Below, in pieces: positions 34,328 through 34,430 of a stretch of DNA of 34,430 bases. The position numbers and the translations under genes are program-made. Numbering within the stretch: position 1 is the first letter of the stretch; every line of letters starts with the position of its first letter. The stretch comes from Paraglomus brasilianum (Eukaryota), in NCBI GenBank assembly GCA_910592345.1, contig CAJVPI010000341.1:1-34430 (forward strand). Direction: 5' to 3'. The notes under the pieces are model-generated. The model searched no databases. It saw only the letters and a list, made by a program, of their open reading frames with translations, and was not told the origin of the DNA.

Positions 34328-34430
34328 TAGGCAAACTCGATAAGTCGGACGCTCGATAAGTCGTAACTCGGACAATCCTGTCGACCAGATTATAACAAAT
34401 GACTCTCGATAAGTCGGACCACGTGATTTT
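34328..34430. repeat. Probable left end of another TIR element with repeated ctcgataagtcg, running off the window
   Basis: ctcgataagtcg at 34336, 34352 and 34405; partner end not visible. Confidence 0.55.

Overview
Eukaryotic, intron-rich (GT-AG) fungal DNA. The gene families (intronless Sel1-repeat gene, long TRP-like channel, DUF6570-type Helitron relics) point to an early-diverging fungus, most likely an arbuscular mycorrhizal Glomeromycotina species (inference). Seven intact genes: Sel1-repeat protein, MOT1-family molybdate transporter, EEP/sphingomyelinase-like phosphodiesterase, MIT-domain protein, IMP4, TRP-like cation channel, and RPN13; NOC2 makes eight, divergent from RPN13. The intergenic DNA is full of transposon debris: Helitron fragments with a 3' end, a Tc1/IS630-like HTH relic, a pogo DDE relic, four TIR elements/MITEs and two tandem duplications. 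The main find, missing from the ORF track, is a frameshifted Fanzor2/IS607-TnpB-type RNA-guided nuclease relic at about 20353-20745. It shows the Fanzor-type rearranged RuvC-II and is followed directly by a long hairpin, a candidate omega-RNA scaffold or element end. A second lead is an unexplained hairpin-dense non-coding region at 7577-8219. All calls come from manual reading; no searches were run.
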